64,000 bases of DNA from assembly GCA_013289685.1 (NCBI GenBank), contig JABCZL010000001.1, forward strand, positions 1,838-65,837, given 5' to 3'. Within the stretch, counting starts at the first letter, position 1. Each line of letters begins with the position of its first letter. Below the pieces are notes generated by a model. It was not told the origin of the DNA, did not search any database, and saw only the letters and a program-made list of their open reading frames with translations. Origin of the DNA: Acidobacteriota bacterium. GTDB taxonomy: Bacteria; Acidobacteriota; Terriglobia; Terriglobales; Acidobacteriaceae. Both the position numbers and the translations under genes were made by a program. Shown one piece after another: positions 37,234 to 47,070 of this stretch.

Positions 37234-37306
37234 CGGGGGCCTCGTTCGGCAGGTTAGAACGCCTGCCTGTCACGCAGGAGGCCGCGGTTTCGAGTCCCCG
37301 CCAACT
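37234..37306 (+). pseudogene. tRNA-Asp(GTC)-derived fragment or pseudogene
   Basis: The D arm (gttc/gaac), the anticodon arm cctgc-ctGTCac-gcagg and the T loop ttcgagt are intact. The T stem is disrupted and the 5' acceptor strand gggggcc has no complement on the 3' side (ccaactt). Confidence 0.5.
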
Positions 37307-37409
37307 TTCAAAGTCTTGCTGCAGTGCTGCTCGCCCCCTACCTTCCGAGTGCCCGTCAGGCAGGAGTAAACCCGAATCGCTTCCCTAAGCCGACTTGTCG
37401 TACGTTGCC

Positions 37410-39275
37410 TCAATCCCGCCATTTTCCGAAGAGAATGGCATCGGTGTAAAACGCTCCGGTGCCTGCCGCCTTCTGGGCTTCGGGCTCAAGCCTGGTAATG
37501 GCATTGTTTGCCGGAAATCTGTCCGCGCCAATCAACAGCATGCGGTCAACGCCGTTGACGACCTTGCCATAGTATTGAGCGGCATCGGCACAAGAACTGG
37601 AATTTTCCAGCGTAACCGTTTTGTAAAAACCCGCGCCCTTGGCGAAACAGGCATAGTATTCGATTGCCATCTCGATCGATTGGCCGTGGGCCCCCCGATA
37701 TCCGTAAGGATCAAAGCCGGCGATTCGCATCAGCTCAGCTGCGTCGAAAAGCCGCTCCAAGGTGAACATTGGGTAGCCAATGCCTTTTCCAGGTTCGGCA
37801 TTGCGGAACCGATCGGCGATCTCGCCCGGTGCAGCGCGCTGAGTCTGGTAGTCATGATGATGTTCCAAACTGCTCTCGCTGTCTGATTCGTGGTTGTTGA
37901 CGCATCCAGGTACTGGCCCGTCGGATTGCCCGTAGATGAGACGGTCAAACAAATGGGTCCATGGATCCAGGACCGGAGCCACAGGGTCAGCGCCGAACAA
38001 AACAGCCTTGACCTTGCTCTCGTCGTTCAGAAGACGCGCGGTTGCCAGCATGCCGACCATGGCGTTGGTGGCGAGGTTGGTGGCACGAGAACAGTCGGAG
38101 TAGGGAAACCCGACTCCCGCATAGAGCACATTCTCGGACTGTCGTACCAGTTCGAAGATGGCACCGTGAAAGGCGTTGAGCCGTCGTATTTCATCAGTAT
38201 TGAGTGCGCCCAGCCATTCGAGGAGGTCCTGCGCATGAACAGAATAGATGATGCCTCTTCCGAGCGTGAGCCCGAGCATCGAATTCGGTCGCCCGTGGCC
38301 ATCGCGTGTGAACGCCCCCAACTCGAGGAAGTGCCCGTTCGAATCGCGAAATCCCCGGTCGGCCCAAGCGAGAAGAATGCGTTTTGCGAGAGCGACTGAC
38401 TCATCGGAGCCTGGCGAACCCGAGGGTGCCTTGACGCCAGCTTTCAGCAGCGCCGCATAAAGCGCCAGCCGCGAAGCGACGACGGCCGCTCCGGCGGGTG
38501 CTTTTGCGCCTTGCGGGATCGTCAGCGCGACGCGGGTTTCGGCGTCATGCTGATCCTGGGGTTCGTAGGAAAACACGTATTCATAGACTCCCGGAAGTGG
38601 GCCTGAGTAGGTCACGTCCCAATCGGTCGGGGAGGCGAGATCTTGCTTGATCTGTTTCGCGAGCAGGCTAAAACGTTGCCCGGAGTAGCTGCCTTGACGA
38701 TCGATCCGCGAGGCAACGTCTCTTAACTCCTCGGCTGTCACAAACACGCCGGGATGGGTCAGAGCGCGGTAGCTGCCGCTAAGACGAGGAATCATGGCGT
38801 AGGGTGCGTCGAGAGCCCGCATTGGCTGGCTTTGTCCAGATCCCGCAATCAGATCGTTCGGAATGCCTTCCACGACGCGGATCCCATGTACAGTGGGCTT
38901 GCTTTCCGGACCATACCCATAAGGCAGCGTGAGGATAAACCGATGCTTGCCGTCTTCGTGATCCCGGCAGACCTCTGCCACACCAGGTTCACTGTAAAGA
39001 TCCGCCGTTTCGGCGAAGAGAGGGCCATCCGTTGTCATGCCGTTCGATGTTTTCATGCCGAACAGTTGGACATTAATCGATTTGCTTTGCCCCTGTTGGC
39101 AAGCCCAGCCCAGGAGGAAATAGTGATCCCCATCCCGGCTGATCCCGTCGATATGGCCGACGATGCGACCGACGGGCGCTCTCTGAGCCAGCGCCCCGAA
39201 GCACATGAGCCAGACACAGCACGCCGCTAAGAGACACGCTCTTTGAACCTTGTTCTGCAAGATCCGTCGCGTCAT
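37410..39275 (-). CDS. Secreted hypothetical protein (possibly an alginate-lyase-like alpha/alpha-toroid polysaccharide lyase)
   Basis: A 621-aa protein with a signal peptide. HPGVFVTAEELRDV.., ..LLAWADRGF.. and ..ATNLATNAMVGMLATARLL.. are weakly reminiscent of alginate lyase/heparinase folds. Confidence 0.7.
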   Translation of the reverse strand: MTRRILQNKVQRACLLAACCVWLMCFGALAQRAPVGRIVGHIDGISRDGDHYFLLGWACQQGQSKSINVQLFGMKTSNGMTTDGPLFAETADLYSEPGVAEVCRDHEDGKHRFILTLPYGYGPESKPTVHGIRVVEGIPNDLIAGSGQSQPMRALDAPYAMIPRLSGSYRALTHPGVFVTAEELRDVASRIDRQGSYSGQRFSLLAKQIKQDLASPTDWDVTYSGPLPGVYEYVFSYEPQDQHDAETRVALTIPQGAKAPAGAAVVASRLALYAALLKAGVKAPSGSPGSDESVALAKRILLAWADRGFRDSNGHFLELGAFTRDGHGRPNSMLGLTLGRGIIYSVHAQDLLEWLGALNTDEIRRLNAFHGAIFELVRQSENVLYAGVGFPYSDCSRATNLATNAMVGMLATARLLNDESKVKAVLFGADPVAPVLDPWTHLFDRLIYGQSDGPVPGCVNNHESDSESSLEHHHDYQTQRAAPGEIADRFRNAEPGKGIGYPMFTLERLFDAAELMRIAGFDPYGYRGAHGQSIEMAIEYYACFAKGAGFYKTVTLENSSSCADAAQYYGKVVNGVDRMLLIGADRFPANNAITRLEPEAQKAAGTGAFYTDAILFGKWRD

Positions 39276-39434
39276 AGATCACGACCTTCGCGGTGACATC
39301 GGTTAGCTCACACCTCTGCCATGCTTCCACCTGCTTTCGCATGGGCTCGAAGTTCCGCTGCATGCAGTCCTGGCAAGCACCAGCGTAAACGCACCAGAGA
39401 AAACAGTTACCAAGTTCGAACCCTCACGGCGTGA

Positions 39435-42149
39435 TCACGGATGCACCACAACATTCTTGCTTGATGCGGAATCGGCGCGCGCCGCACAGTTTCGCGAGTT
39501 CGTCACATCGCCGGTTGCTGAAACATTATCGGCGAAAGATAAAACCAAACCCGAGATCGATTTCGACCCGTAGTACGAGTACAGAGGGTCCGCGTCTGGC
39601 ACCGTACCGCATCTTGCAAAGTCGTTGTTGTCGATATGAATGTCTTTGATCCCAGTTAAGTAGACTCCGGCGCCGGTCACGCTTTGAAAGGTGTTGCCCG
39701 AGATGTCAAGCTGCTGAAAGAGCGGGTAGATCGCGGTGACTTCGTTCCCTGCATCGTCGTAGTTCGAAAAGACGTCACCGAACATCGCAAACGATGCGTC
39801 CCGCGACGGGTAGTAGTTCGTGCGGTCAACGCTGGATTGATACAACTTCGGCACATAGTTGGTGCCAATGAACTGATTGTTGCGGATGGCGATGTCGGAG
39901 ACGCCCGTGCTCTCTTGAAAATACGTTGAAAAGATCGCGCCAATTCCCGTCGCCGTGATATTCCTGAAACTCGAGTTTTGAACCAACATGTGAAATCCTC
40001 CGAGGAGGATGCCGCGTCCCAGCTTGTCGTGAATCCGTACGGCGGAAATATAGACGCGCGACGGAACGTGGCTGATGTCCGTGACGAAGATTCCCGGACT
40101 CAGCCAATTGACCGGCGCGCTAAGCCCGACAGTAATCGGCTGTCCGCCCCACGGTGGAAGGTTGGACGGGCTGATGGACTCAATCGTCGCTGAGCCGAGA
40201 TATCCGAGGCCCTGGTCGAAGAACGCGAGCGTGTCTCCGACAGTGGGAGCCGCATCCGGGCCACTGATGACGAAGGAACTTGTGGAATTCACTGTCGTCA
40301 GAGTGTCCGATACAACGGTGACGTTCAGGCCGTCGTCGCCTTCGTGGCTGAAATCGCCACCTTCGATGATGATGTCTCCGCCAACTCCGTTGATGTGGTT
40401 GTCCGCCATGGTTGAAATCGGACGACCTTGGCTCGGCTTTACAACCACGTTTTCATAGGACAAGCCCCGCCCGCCCTGGCTTGCTGCCGAGATGCCGATG
40501 TACGGCGAGGTAAGGACCGACGTATTGATAATTCGAATGTCGCTCGATCCGAAGTCGTCGATGATGTCGGAGGCAAGAAACTCCGAGAACCGGACCATCA
40601 CATCGCGGTTGGGGTATGGCGCCAACTGCGAAGCCACCCACTTACCGGCGGCGTTCGATTTTGGGTAGAGGCTACCGTTCTTCAGGAACATCGACTGTTG
40701 CGACGGATCTTGCTGTCCATGACTCGTGATGCAGGCATAATCGCAGCCCTGGTCGCCCGGCCCGGTGTTGAGATAGTCGTCGTGCGCGGCCTCATTTTTC
40801 GTCCTGTCCCACAAATTGAAGGCGTACATATATGGCGAGAACCCAGGGGGAATGGGAGTACCCGCATCGAGAACAATATGTGCGGAGCTTGTGCCGTCAG
40901 GCACGATGGTCCCGATTGCAGCATAAAGTGGCCCTCGCCAGAGTGGATTAGGATCGAGGGGATTTCCGTAGTCGATCGTGAGGTTCTGAATCACGACGCG
41001 TTGACTGTAATTGATATCGATTCCCTGAGTTGGTCCGGTGAAGTACAGCGTCGAGCCATTGCCATCAAAAACAAAATCCTGAGCGTTGTTAATCTGCAGG
41101 TAGGGCCAGTGATTGAGCACGTAGTTCAGTGATGGCGGCTGATGCTGGGGCAAAACAAGATGGTATGAGCTGTTGGGCGCGAGTCGCACGACGTCGCATC
41201 CAGCTTTAACGCCTTGCGGAGTCAGAAAAGTGGTGAGATTGTTCCAGTCGTTGTTTTTGTCGGGTGGTGGAACATCGCACACGTGGACCGAGCTTGGATA
41301 TGGCGTCGAAGACGATGTATACCACGTCGGTGACTTTACGATTGCCGTTGTCAGCTTGCCATTCGCGGCAGTGAAGCTCCGAACGAGGTCATTGGGAGCC
41401 GCGCTGACGGGGGATTCCTGCGTCGTGGCAACGAGCGCGCTCCACTCCGACGGATCAGCCCACAAAATTCTGCCTAAGCGACGTTCAGCTTGCCCCACCG
41501 TGACATATTGAAACAGTGCCCTCTCCGGGCGAAGTCCGACGATGTCCGCATAGCGCTCCTGATATTCCTGGATGTTGAAAAAAGCCGAAGCGCCCCGAAG
41601 CTCGTCAATGCCTTGTTGTAACCAGTGGATTTGTACATCCACCTGATCCCAGGTGCCGCTGCTATAAAGCTGGTTGATGTCGGGATTATTGGCGGCATCG
41701 ACGTAATAATTGAAATCGAAAACAATGGGGTAGCTCTCGAAAGCGCCGATTCTGCCCTGGTTAAATCCATACGTCGCAAACTGCAAAATTGCAGAATCGC
41801 ATGCGCTCGGCGATGCCGAAGGTAATCCGAGGTCCGGATAACGCTTCAGATAATCAGTGGCATAAAAATAAAACGAGCCTCGCAAACAGTGATTGGCTCC
41901 TGTGCTTGTCCATTGCTGGATCGCTTCCTGGTCTGTTGTAAGGCCCAAGTCGGGATTAAATTTCCGATAAAACTCGGGACTGAAGATGCGGGAATCGAGC
42001 AAGGGGTTCTTCGATGAAGTCGGCAAGACTGCATCGCTCAACACCAACGGCTGCTCCCCAACCGGGTTCTGCGCTACAGCGGATGGCACAGGGATGAGCG
42101 CCAGAAATAGGAGCAGAGCAATTAAGTAGGAAGATGTCTTCATATGCAA
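39435..42149 (-). CDS. Secreted right-handed parallel beta-helix (pectate-lyase-fold) protein with four N-terminal ~40-aa NPD-type repeats
   Basis: A signal peptide is followed by four copies of F-x3-Y-x3-(N/Y/A)PD(L/I). Beta-helix periodicity then runs on (..VVIQNLTIDYG.., ..IRIINTSV.., ..IAIRNNQF.., ..IHIDNNDF..). Confidence 0.8.
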   Translation of the reverse strand: MHMKTSSYLIALLLFLALIPVPSAVAQNPVGEQPLVLSDAVLPTSSKNPLLDSRIFSPEFYRKFNPDLGLTTDQEAIQQWTSTGANHCLRGSFYFYATDYLKRYPDLGLPSASPSACDSAILQFATYGFNQGRIGAFESYPIVFDFNYYVDAANNPDINQLYSSGTWDQVDVQIHWLQQGIDELRGASAFFNIQEYQERYADIVGLRPERALFQYVTVGQAERRLGRILWADPSEWSALVATTQESPVSAAPNDLVRSFTAANGKLTTAIVKSPTWYTSSSTPYPSSVHVCDVPPPDKNNDWNNLTTFLTPQGVKAGCDVVRLAPNSSYHLVLPQHQPPSLNYVLNHWPYLQINNAQDFVFDGNGSTLYFTGPTQGIDINYSQRVVIQNLTIDYGNPLDPNPLWRGPLYAAIGTIVPDGTSSAHIVLDAGTPIPPGFSPYMYAFNLWDRTKNEAAHDDYLNTGPGDQGCDYACITSHGQQDPSQQSMFLKNGSLYPKSNAAGKWVASQLAPYPNRDVMVRFSEFLASDIIDDFGSSDIRIINTSVLTSPYIGISAASQGGRGLSYENVVVKPSQGRPISTMADNHINGVGGDIIIEGGDFSHEGDDGLNVTVVSDTLTTVNSTSSFVISGPDAAPTVGDTLAFFDQGLGYLGSATIESISPSNLPPWGGQPITVGLSAPVNWLSPGIFVTDISHVPSRVYISAVRIHDKLGRGILLGGFHMLVQNSSFRNITATGIGAIFSTYFQESTGVSDIAIRNNQFIGTNYVPKLYQSSVDRTNYYPSRDASFAMFGDVFSNYDDAGNEVTAIYPLFQQLDISGNTFQSVTGAGVYLTGIKDIHIDNNDFARCGTVPDADPLYSYYGSKSISGLVLSFADNVSATGDVTNSRNCAARADSASSKNVVVHP

Positions 42150-42247
42150 TGTGCCCCTCGATTTTTTCTCTGGATCTACTCTGTTAGCGTATCAAAGCGT
42201 GGAACAAAAATTGTTGCTCTACAGTCGGACGATCCTGGATAAGCCCT

Positions 42248-43309
42248 TTATGGCCCCATCAATCCCAGAACCTGTGTTTCGTTGTCCGTCGCTCCGTTGC
42301 CGCTTCTGCCATAGATCGTAACTAGGCAATCTCCGGCATTGACCTTTATAGGAGCGGAGAAAATAGTCTCGACCTGATTTTGAAGCGCTGCCATCCCCTT
42401 CTGCCCTGTCGGAATTCTTTCTACCTGGGGCACGCTCGCAAGGTGCAGCGCATCCTTGGGAAGCCAACCGTACAGGGTTGACAGCGGTGCTGGATTTGGA
42501 AATCCCTGGCTATTGAGGTTCTGGGTAAATATTCCGCACCCTCCGGGAAGCAGGTAGAAATCATTGATAGTGCCCCAAGACGCGCCGGTCGGAAGCGGCC
42601 CGAAGTTTTTCGTTCCATCAAACGTGCTGTCGCTGATGTTTCCGTAGATTTCCAGCAAATGCCCGGAAGTGTTCAGGCTGATCGGAGCCGCGAACGCTTC
42701 TCCGTCAATCACCGTGGCATTCTGACAGCCCCAGTCCTGACCAAAACAATATTCGCCGCCCAGCCCATTGATTATTGTGTTTGCGTTGGAGGTTGTCGGG
42801 CTGTACGTGAGTTCCAAGTCGGCTGTCATTGTCGTCTCACCTGCAAACACTGGCCCACCGCCATAATAAAGGCCTATGCATCCAGTCGCCGACAAGGGGT
42901 TGGGGAAAGTTAAATCTACAGGGAATGAAGCGGTCGATCGAGACGGGTTCTTCGTAATGTCAATCCATAGAAAACCAGCAACGTTCTGCAAACCGATGTC
43001 ATTCGCTGGACATTGGCCTTGCCAGAAGGGTAGTACCCACAGAACCTGGCTGAAATTCTGGCTATCGTTCTTCAGCGAAAGGGTCCCTTTTAGAGCCAAC
43101 ACATTGACCGGCGACTTTGCGCCAGCGAGTATGTGATACATGGCAAGAAAAGTCGGGACAGATCCGTTTGGCGGTAACGTAGTTTGTGTTTGCTGAATGT
43201 GGAGAACGGACGGTTGACTGGCGCCCGCCTGCGCCCACAAGTCGCACTGCCCCGCGATCGCCAGCATGAAAATCCCCCCCAGAACAGCATTCTCCCAATT
43301 AGTCTTCAT
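42248..43309 (-). CDS. Secreted hypothetical protein
   Basis: A 353-aa protein with a signal-like N-terminus (IFMLAIAGQCDLWAQA). No family was recognised. Confidence 0.7.
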   Translation of the reverse strand: MKTNWENAVLGGIFMLAIAGQCDLWAQAGASQPSVLHIQQTQTTLPPNGSVPTFLAMYHILAGAKSPVNVLALKGTLSLKNDSQNFSQVLWVLPFWQGQCPANDIGLQNVAGFLWIDITKNPSRSTASFPVDLTFPNPLSATGCIGLYYGGGPVFAGETTMTADLELTYSPTTSNANTIINGLGGEYCFGQDWGCQNATVIDGEAFAAPISLNTSGHLLEIYGNISDSTFDGTKNFGPLPTGASWGTINDFYLLPGGCGIFTQNLNSQGFPNPAPLSTLYGWLPKDALHLASVPQVERIPTGQKGMAALQNQVETIFSAPIKVNAGDCLVTIYGRSGNGATDNETQVLGLMGP

Positions 43310-43812
43310 CAGTTCTTTCCCCTCTTTGAGTAAATCAAAATGTTCAGCGTTGAGAGCTTGTGCGGGATCACGACTTTAGGACAATTCGGTCCGCCCTTGA
43401 ACTTAAACCCCGGTTCCTCCAAAAGTCGCGTCCAGCGCCTGAAGTCGCTTTTCGGCGCTCAGGGTGCCGGACATGGGCGACAAATGGTTATAACTCACCA
43501 TCCCATCCATTTATTCCCGGTGATCCATGTGAAAAGTTATTCACATCTCTGTCAGACAGGTCGGCCTCATCAGCAAGTTAACGGCCAGTTCCGTCCGCAA
43601 CCGTAATTCCTCGTACCTAGCTCAAAGTACAGGTCGTGGAGAGTCCGCGCGAGGTAACGCATCCACAGAGCAAAAGGCGTGAATCCTTCGAGAACATTTT
43701 CCGGGGCTCGTGTTCATAAGTAGAGGCGGCGCCTCCTGAGATATCACACCGGAATGTGGGGATGCAACGCGTCGTCGGTACAATCGTTGGGAAAACCGCC
43801 GGAGAAGAAGGA

Positions 43813-46800
43813 ATGGCCTGCGAGAGGCACTTACGTCTATTGCTGATTGCATCAACGTTAGTTGCGTGGCTGCTGGCAGTACCGGCGGCGCCCGCTGACA
43901 ACACTTCGAGGCTACCGCCAAAATTGGAGATCGGGATTGATCGCTCGAATATGGCGACAGAATGGACGATCTCGCCGCCTGGAGAGCCGAACATCTATCC
44001 GTTCAACGGGCCATACAACGGCGCTGGGGTGTTCGAAGCCCGTCGCCTTGCAGTATTCGACGGCATTGCACGGCTGCATCCACAGTGGTTTCGCGACGGC
44101 TTCGGACCAGATACGCCAGAGGGCGCCCAATTGTTTGTGGACATGGTCCAGCAGGTTCACGCCCGCGGGATGAAGATTCTGGCGGTGGTGAGTCACACCG
44201 GCTCCGACTTTGACAAGAAGGATTACATCGACCCCACACAAAGCGGCTGCCAATGGGGAACTTTCCCGCTCAGCAAGATCGACCTCGCAAAGTTTGAGCA
44301 CCGTGTGCGCTCGTATTTCGACGCGTTGAAACAGGCGGGGCTGTCCGTGGATGCGTTCGAGATCGGCAATGAGCTGGACCTCTATTGCAACGATGCGGAC
44401 ATGCCGAAGACGTCAGAATTTGCAGCGCATCATTGGCAGTGGTTTCTGACGCAGGAACAGGTGCACCAGTTTGCCGCCGGGTATGTGCCTTTTCTTAAGA
44501 CATTCGCAGGATTGATCCGGGAGTATTTCCCCGCCGCGACAATCATCACGTTCGGGATGTCGAATCCCACGGGGAACTCGGCCGCGCTGATTCAAGCGTT
44601 AGCACATTTCACGGATAGTTCCGGCAAGACCTTCGATTACACGAGTCTCGTCGACGGCTATGGCACTCACATCTACCCGCCCGCAGACACGACCGCCGAC
44701 ATGGTTGAGAGGGCGACGGGAGAGCTAACTAGCCAGGCGGCGACGTTCCCTCACGTGGAGACAAAACCGATCTGGATTACGGAGTGGAATGAGGCCGCGT
44801 CCGCGTTTTGGTCGAGCAAGAGTTGGTATTTTCAGCCGACCGGGAGTGGCCCAACAGCAGATGACAGGAACAAAGCCGATACCAAGGGTGAATTTCCGGC
44901 CATGAACCGCGCCGAAGTGATTCAGGCATTTCACGAGAAAGTGATCGATCGTCTCCGTTCGATGCCGAGCGCGGTGAACATCGGGTACCTTTTCTATTAT
45001 TCGTACGACTCCGCCGGCAAATCTCCGATGTGCGATACGACAGTGTTCAACATCCGCCGGGGAATCAAAGGGTATTGCTTTAGCGGGGTCATCGATCCAG
45101 TGACGGGCGATCTGCTGCCGGATATTGTCGCGGCCCTGATGGGGCAGGGGCAGACGCAAGCGAAGACGAGCCGGGCAGATTCCGTAGTCCCTCCAGCGGA
45201 AAACCCAGTTCCTGAAGCGCTGCGAAATATCGGTCGCATTCTTCCGCGGCCTATGCAGACGCTTCGCGGATGGGGCATGTCGCTGGCATGGGAAGCGAAT
45301 GATCTTTACGGAGGCGGGCGACAACCGGCCCAAATCAAAGACCCCAAAATCCAGGACGAGTACATGGACCTGCTCTTTGGCGACCCAGCCAAGCGGTTGA
45401 CCCTGGGATTCACGATCGCCCGTTACAACATTGGAGGAGGCGACGACCCAACGCACACGCATATGCGGCCGGACGCGCAGATGGAAGGCTTTCAGTCCGG
45501 GCCCGGCGCGGCCTTCGATTGGACACGGGATGCGTCCCAGCGCCGAATGCTCCAGGAAGCAAAGAAGCGAGGCGCGAGCATCTTCGAAGCCGCGTCGTAT
45601 TCACCACCTTACTGGATGACCGCAAGCGGATGCTCTTCCGGCACGAGCATTGAGCATCAGGACAATCTCCGTCCGGAGATGCTCGAAAGCTTCGTGAACT
45701 ACCTGGCAACGGTCGTGGAACATTTTCGAGAGGCGGAGGGAATTCGTTTTGAGAGCGTGGAGCCGTTCAACGAACCGGACGGCGCATGGTGGAAGGCGGG
45801 CGGCAGACAAGAGGGCTATACAGTTCCGGCAGAGACACAGAATGCGATTCTGCCGATGCTGGCGCAACGCTTGAAGCGCGATGGGGTGGATACTTTTGTG
45901 TCCGGAGTGGATACGAACAACATCTCGGCCGCTATTGGCACCGCCACAGAACTCAGTGCATCGAGTTTGTCGGCATTGGGGCGGCTAAACACGCATGACT
46001 ACCATCACAGCGTCGGCGATCCTGCCAAGTTGAAGGAGTACAAAAGGCTTGGTCAGAAGCTCCAGAAGCCAACCTGGATGAGCGAACTGGGCTGCTGCCA
46101 AGGCGGCCAAGGGGACAAAACCGAAATGTGGGGCGCACTCTTCATGGCCGATTCGATCCGCATGGACCTGCGCGATATGGGCGCCGAATCCTGGGTGCTT
46201 TGGCAGCCCGACTGGGGCGTCATCGCCTTCGATCCCAAAGGTGGCGAACCGCAGTTGGAAAAACAGTATTACGCGCTCGCCCAGTACACGCGATTTATTC
46301 GACCGGGTTCTCAGATTATTTCCGCTGGTGGTGCCTATAACACGCTTGCTGCCTACTCCCATTCCTCGAAGCGCCTTGTGCTGGTCAGCACCAACTGGGA
46401 TGCAACCGGGTTCAATGATCTCGATCTCTCGGCGTTTCGTGGCGTTCCTGCTTCGGTAACGATGTACCGGACATCGGGAGACCAGGGAGTAAATCTTCAG
46501 GAGAAGACTGTGGCTGTTGCAAGCGGCCATCTCGTCGACTCGCTCCCCGTTCGCTCCATCACGACCTACGTCATCGACGGCGTCACACCCCTGCCCAATG
46601 CCCCCCAGAGTGCAATCGAAGGCACGCACCAGATCATGTCCGAGGCTACAAAATTGTGCTTTAATATCACGCGCAACTCGACCGACAAGGGAGCCGCAAT
46701 CATCCCCTATTCTTGCGGCGGTGGCTTCAGCAACATGGAGTTCAATTTTGTGGAACGCGCCGGCGGCTTGTATTCCATTCATACCGTCAATGGCGAAGTG

Positions 46801-47070
46801 AGTTTATGCCTGAACATTTCGAACGGAACGACCGCACCTGGAGACGGAAAAACGCCGGGCGGCCCCGGCAATCTGATCCAGTGGAATTGCGGGCAGGCGA
46901 CAATTCCCCCCAATGAACTCTTTGCAGTTAGCGACGCGGGCGAAGGGCGCGTCAGAATCCGCGTGAAAAGCAGCGGCCTTTGCCTTGAGGAGCCCGGCCG
47001 CGGGGGCACCATGCGGCAGAACCGCTGCAATGCTTCGTCCTTAAATCAGATATTCATATTGTCCGACTGA
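43813..47070 (+). CDS. Multidomain glycoside hydrolase: clan GH-A TIM-barrel, GH30-like domain and ricin-type beta-trefoil lectin
   Basis: The ATG at 43813 follows GGAGAAGAAGGA and gives a signal peptide. Catalytic contexts are FEIGNELD and IWITEWN (domain 1), then GWGMSLAWEAN, EPFNEPD and WMSELG (GH30-like). The Cys-rich tail has LIQWNC. Confidence 0.85.
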   Translation: MACERHLRLLLIASTLVAWLLAVPAAPADNTSRLPPKLEIGIDRSNMATEWTISPPGEPNIYPFNGPYNGAGVFEARRLAVFDGIARLHPQWFRDGFGPDTPEGAQLFVDMVQQVHARGMKILAVVSHTGSDFDKKDYIDPTQSGCQWGTFPLSKIDLAKFEHRVRSYFDALKQAGLSVDAFEIGNELDLYCNDADMPKTSEFAAHHWQWFLTQEQVHQFAAGYVPFLKTFAGLIREYFPAATIITFGMSNPTGNSAALIQALAHFTDSSGKTFDYTSLVDGYGTHIYPPADTTADMVERATGELTSQAATFPHVETKPIWITEWNEAASAFWSSKSWYFQPTGSGPTADDRNKADTKGEFPAMNRAEVIQAFHEKVIDRLRSMPSAVNIGYLFYYSYDSAGKSPMCDTTVFNIRRGIKGYCFSGVIDPVTGDLLPDIVAALMGQGQTQAKTSRADSVVPPAENPVPEALRNIGRILPRPMQTLRGWGMSLAWEANDLYGGGRQPAQIKDPKIQDEYMDLLFGDPAKRLTLGFTIARYNIGGGDDPTHTHMRPDAQMEGFQSGPGAAFDWTRDASQRRMLQEAKKRGASIFEAASYSPPYWMTASGCSSGTSIEHQDNLRPEMLESFVNYLATVVEHFREAEGIRFESVEPFNEPDGAWWKAGGRQEGYTVPAETQNAILPMLAQRLKRDGVDTFVSGVDTNNISAAIGTATELSASSLSALGRLNTHDYHHSVGDPAKLKEYKRLGQKLQKPTWMSELGCCQGGQGDKTEMWGALFMADSIRMDLRDMGAESWVLWQPDWGVIAFDPKGGEPQLEKQYYALAQYTRFIRPGSQIISAGGAYNTLAAYSHSSKRLVLVSTNWDATGFNDLDLSAFRGVPASVTMYRTSGDQGVNLQEKTVAVASGHLVDSLPVRSITTYVIDGVTPLPNAPQSAIEGTHQIMSEATKLCFNITRNSTDKGAAIIPYSCGGGFSNMEFNFVERAGGLYSIHTVNGEVSLCLNISNGTTAPGDGKTPGGPGNLIQWNCGQATIPPNELFAVSDAGEGRVRIRVKSSGLCLEEPGRGGTMRQNRCNASSLNQIFILSD

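Noticed and set aside
37234-37306. Functional tRNA-Asp gene
   Set aside because: The acceptor stem cannot form (gggggcc versus ccaactt) and only 2 of 5 T-stem pairs survive. I report it as a pseudogene or fragment instead. The reverse-strand reading as tRNA-Val(GAC) lacks a T loop.
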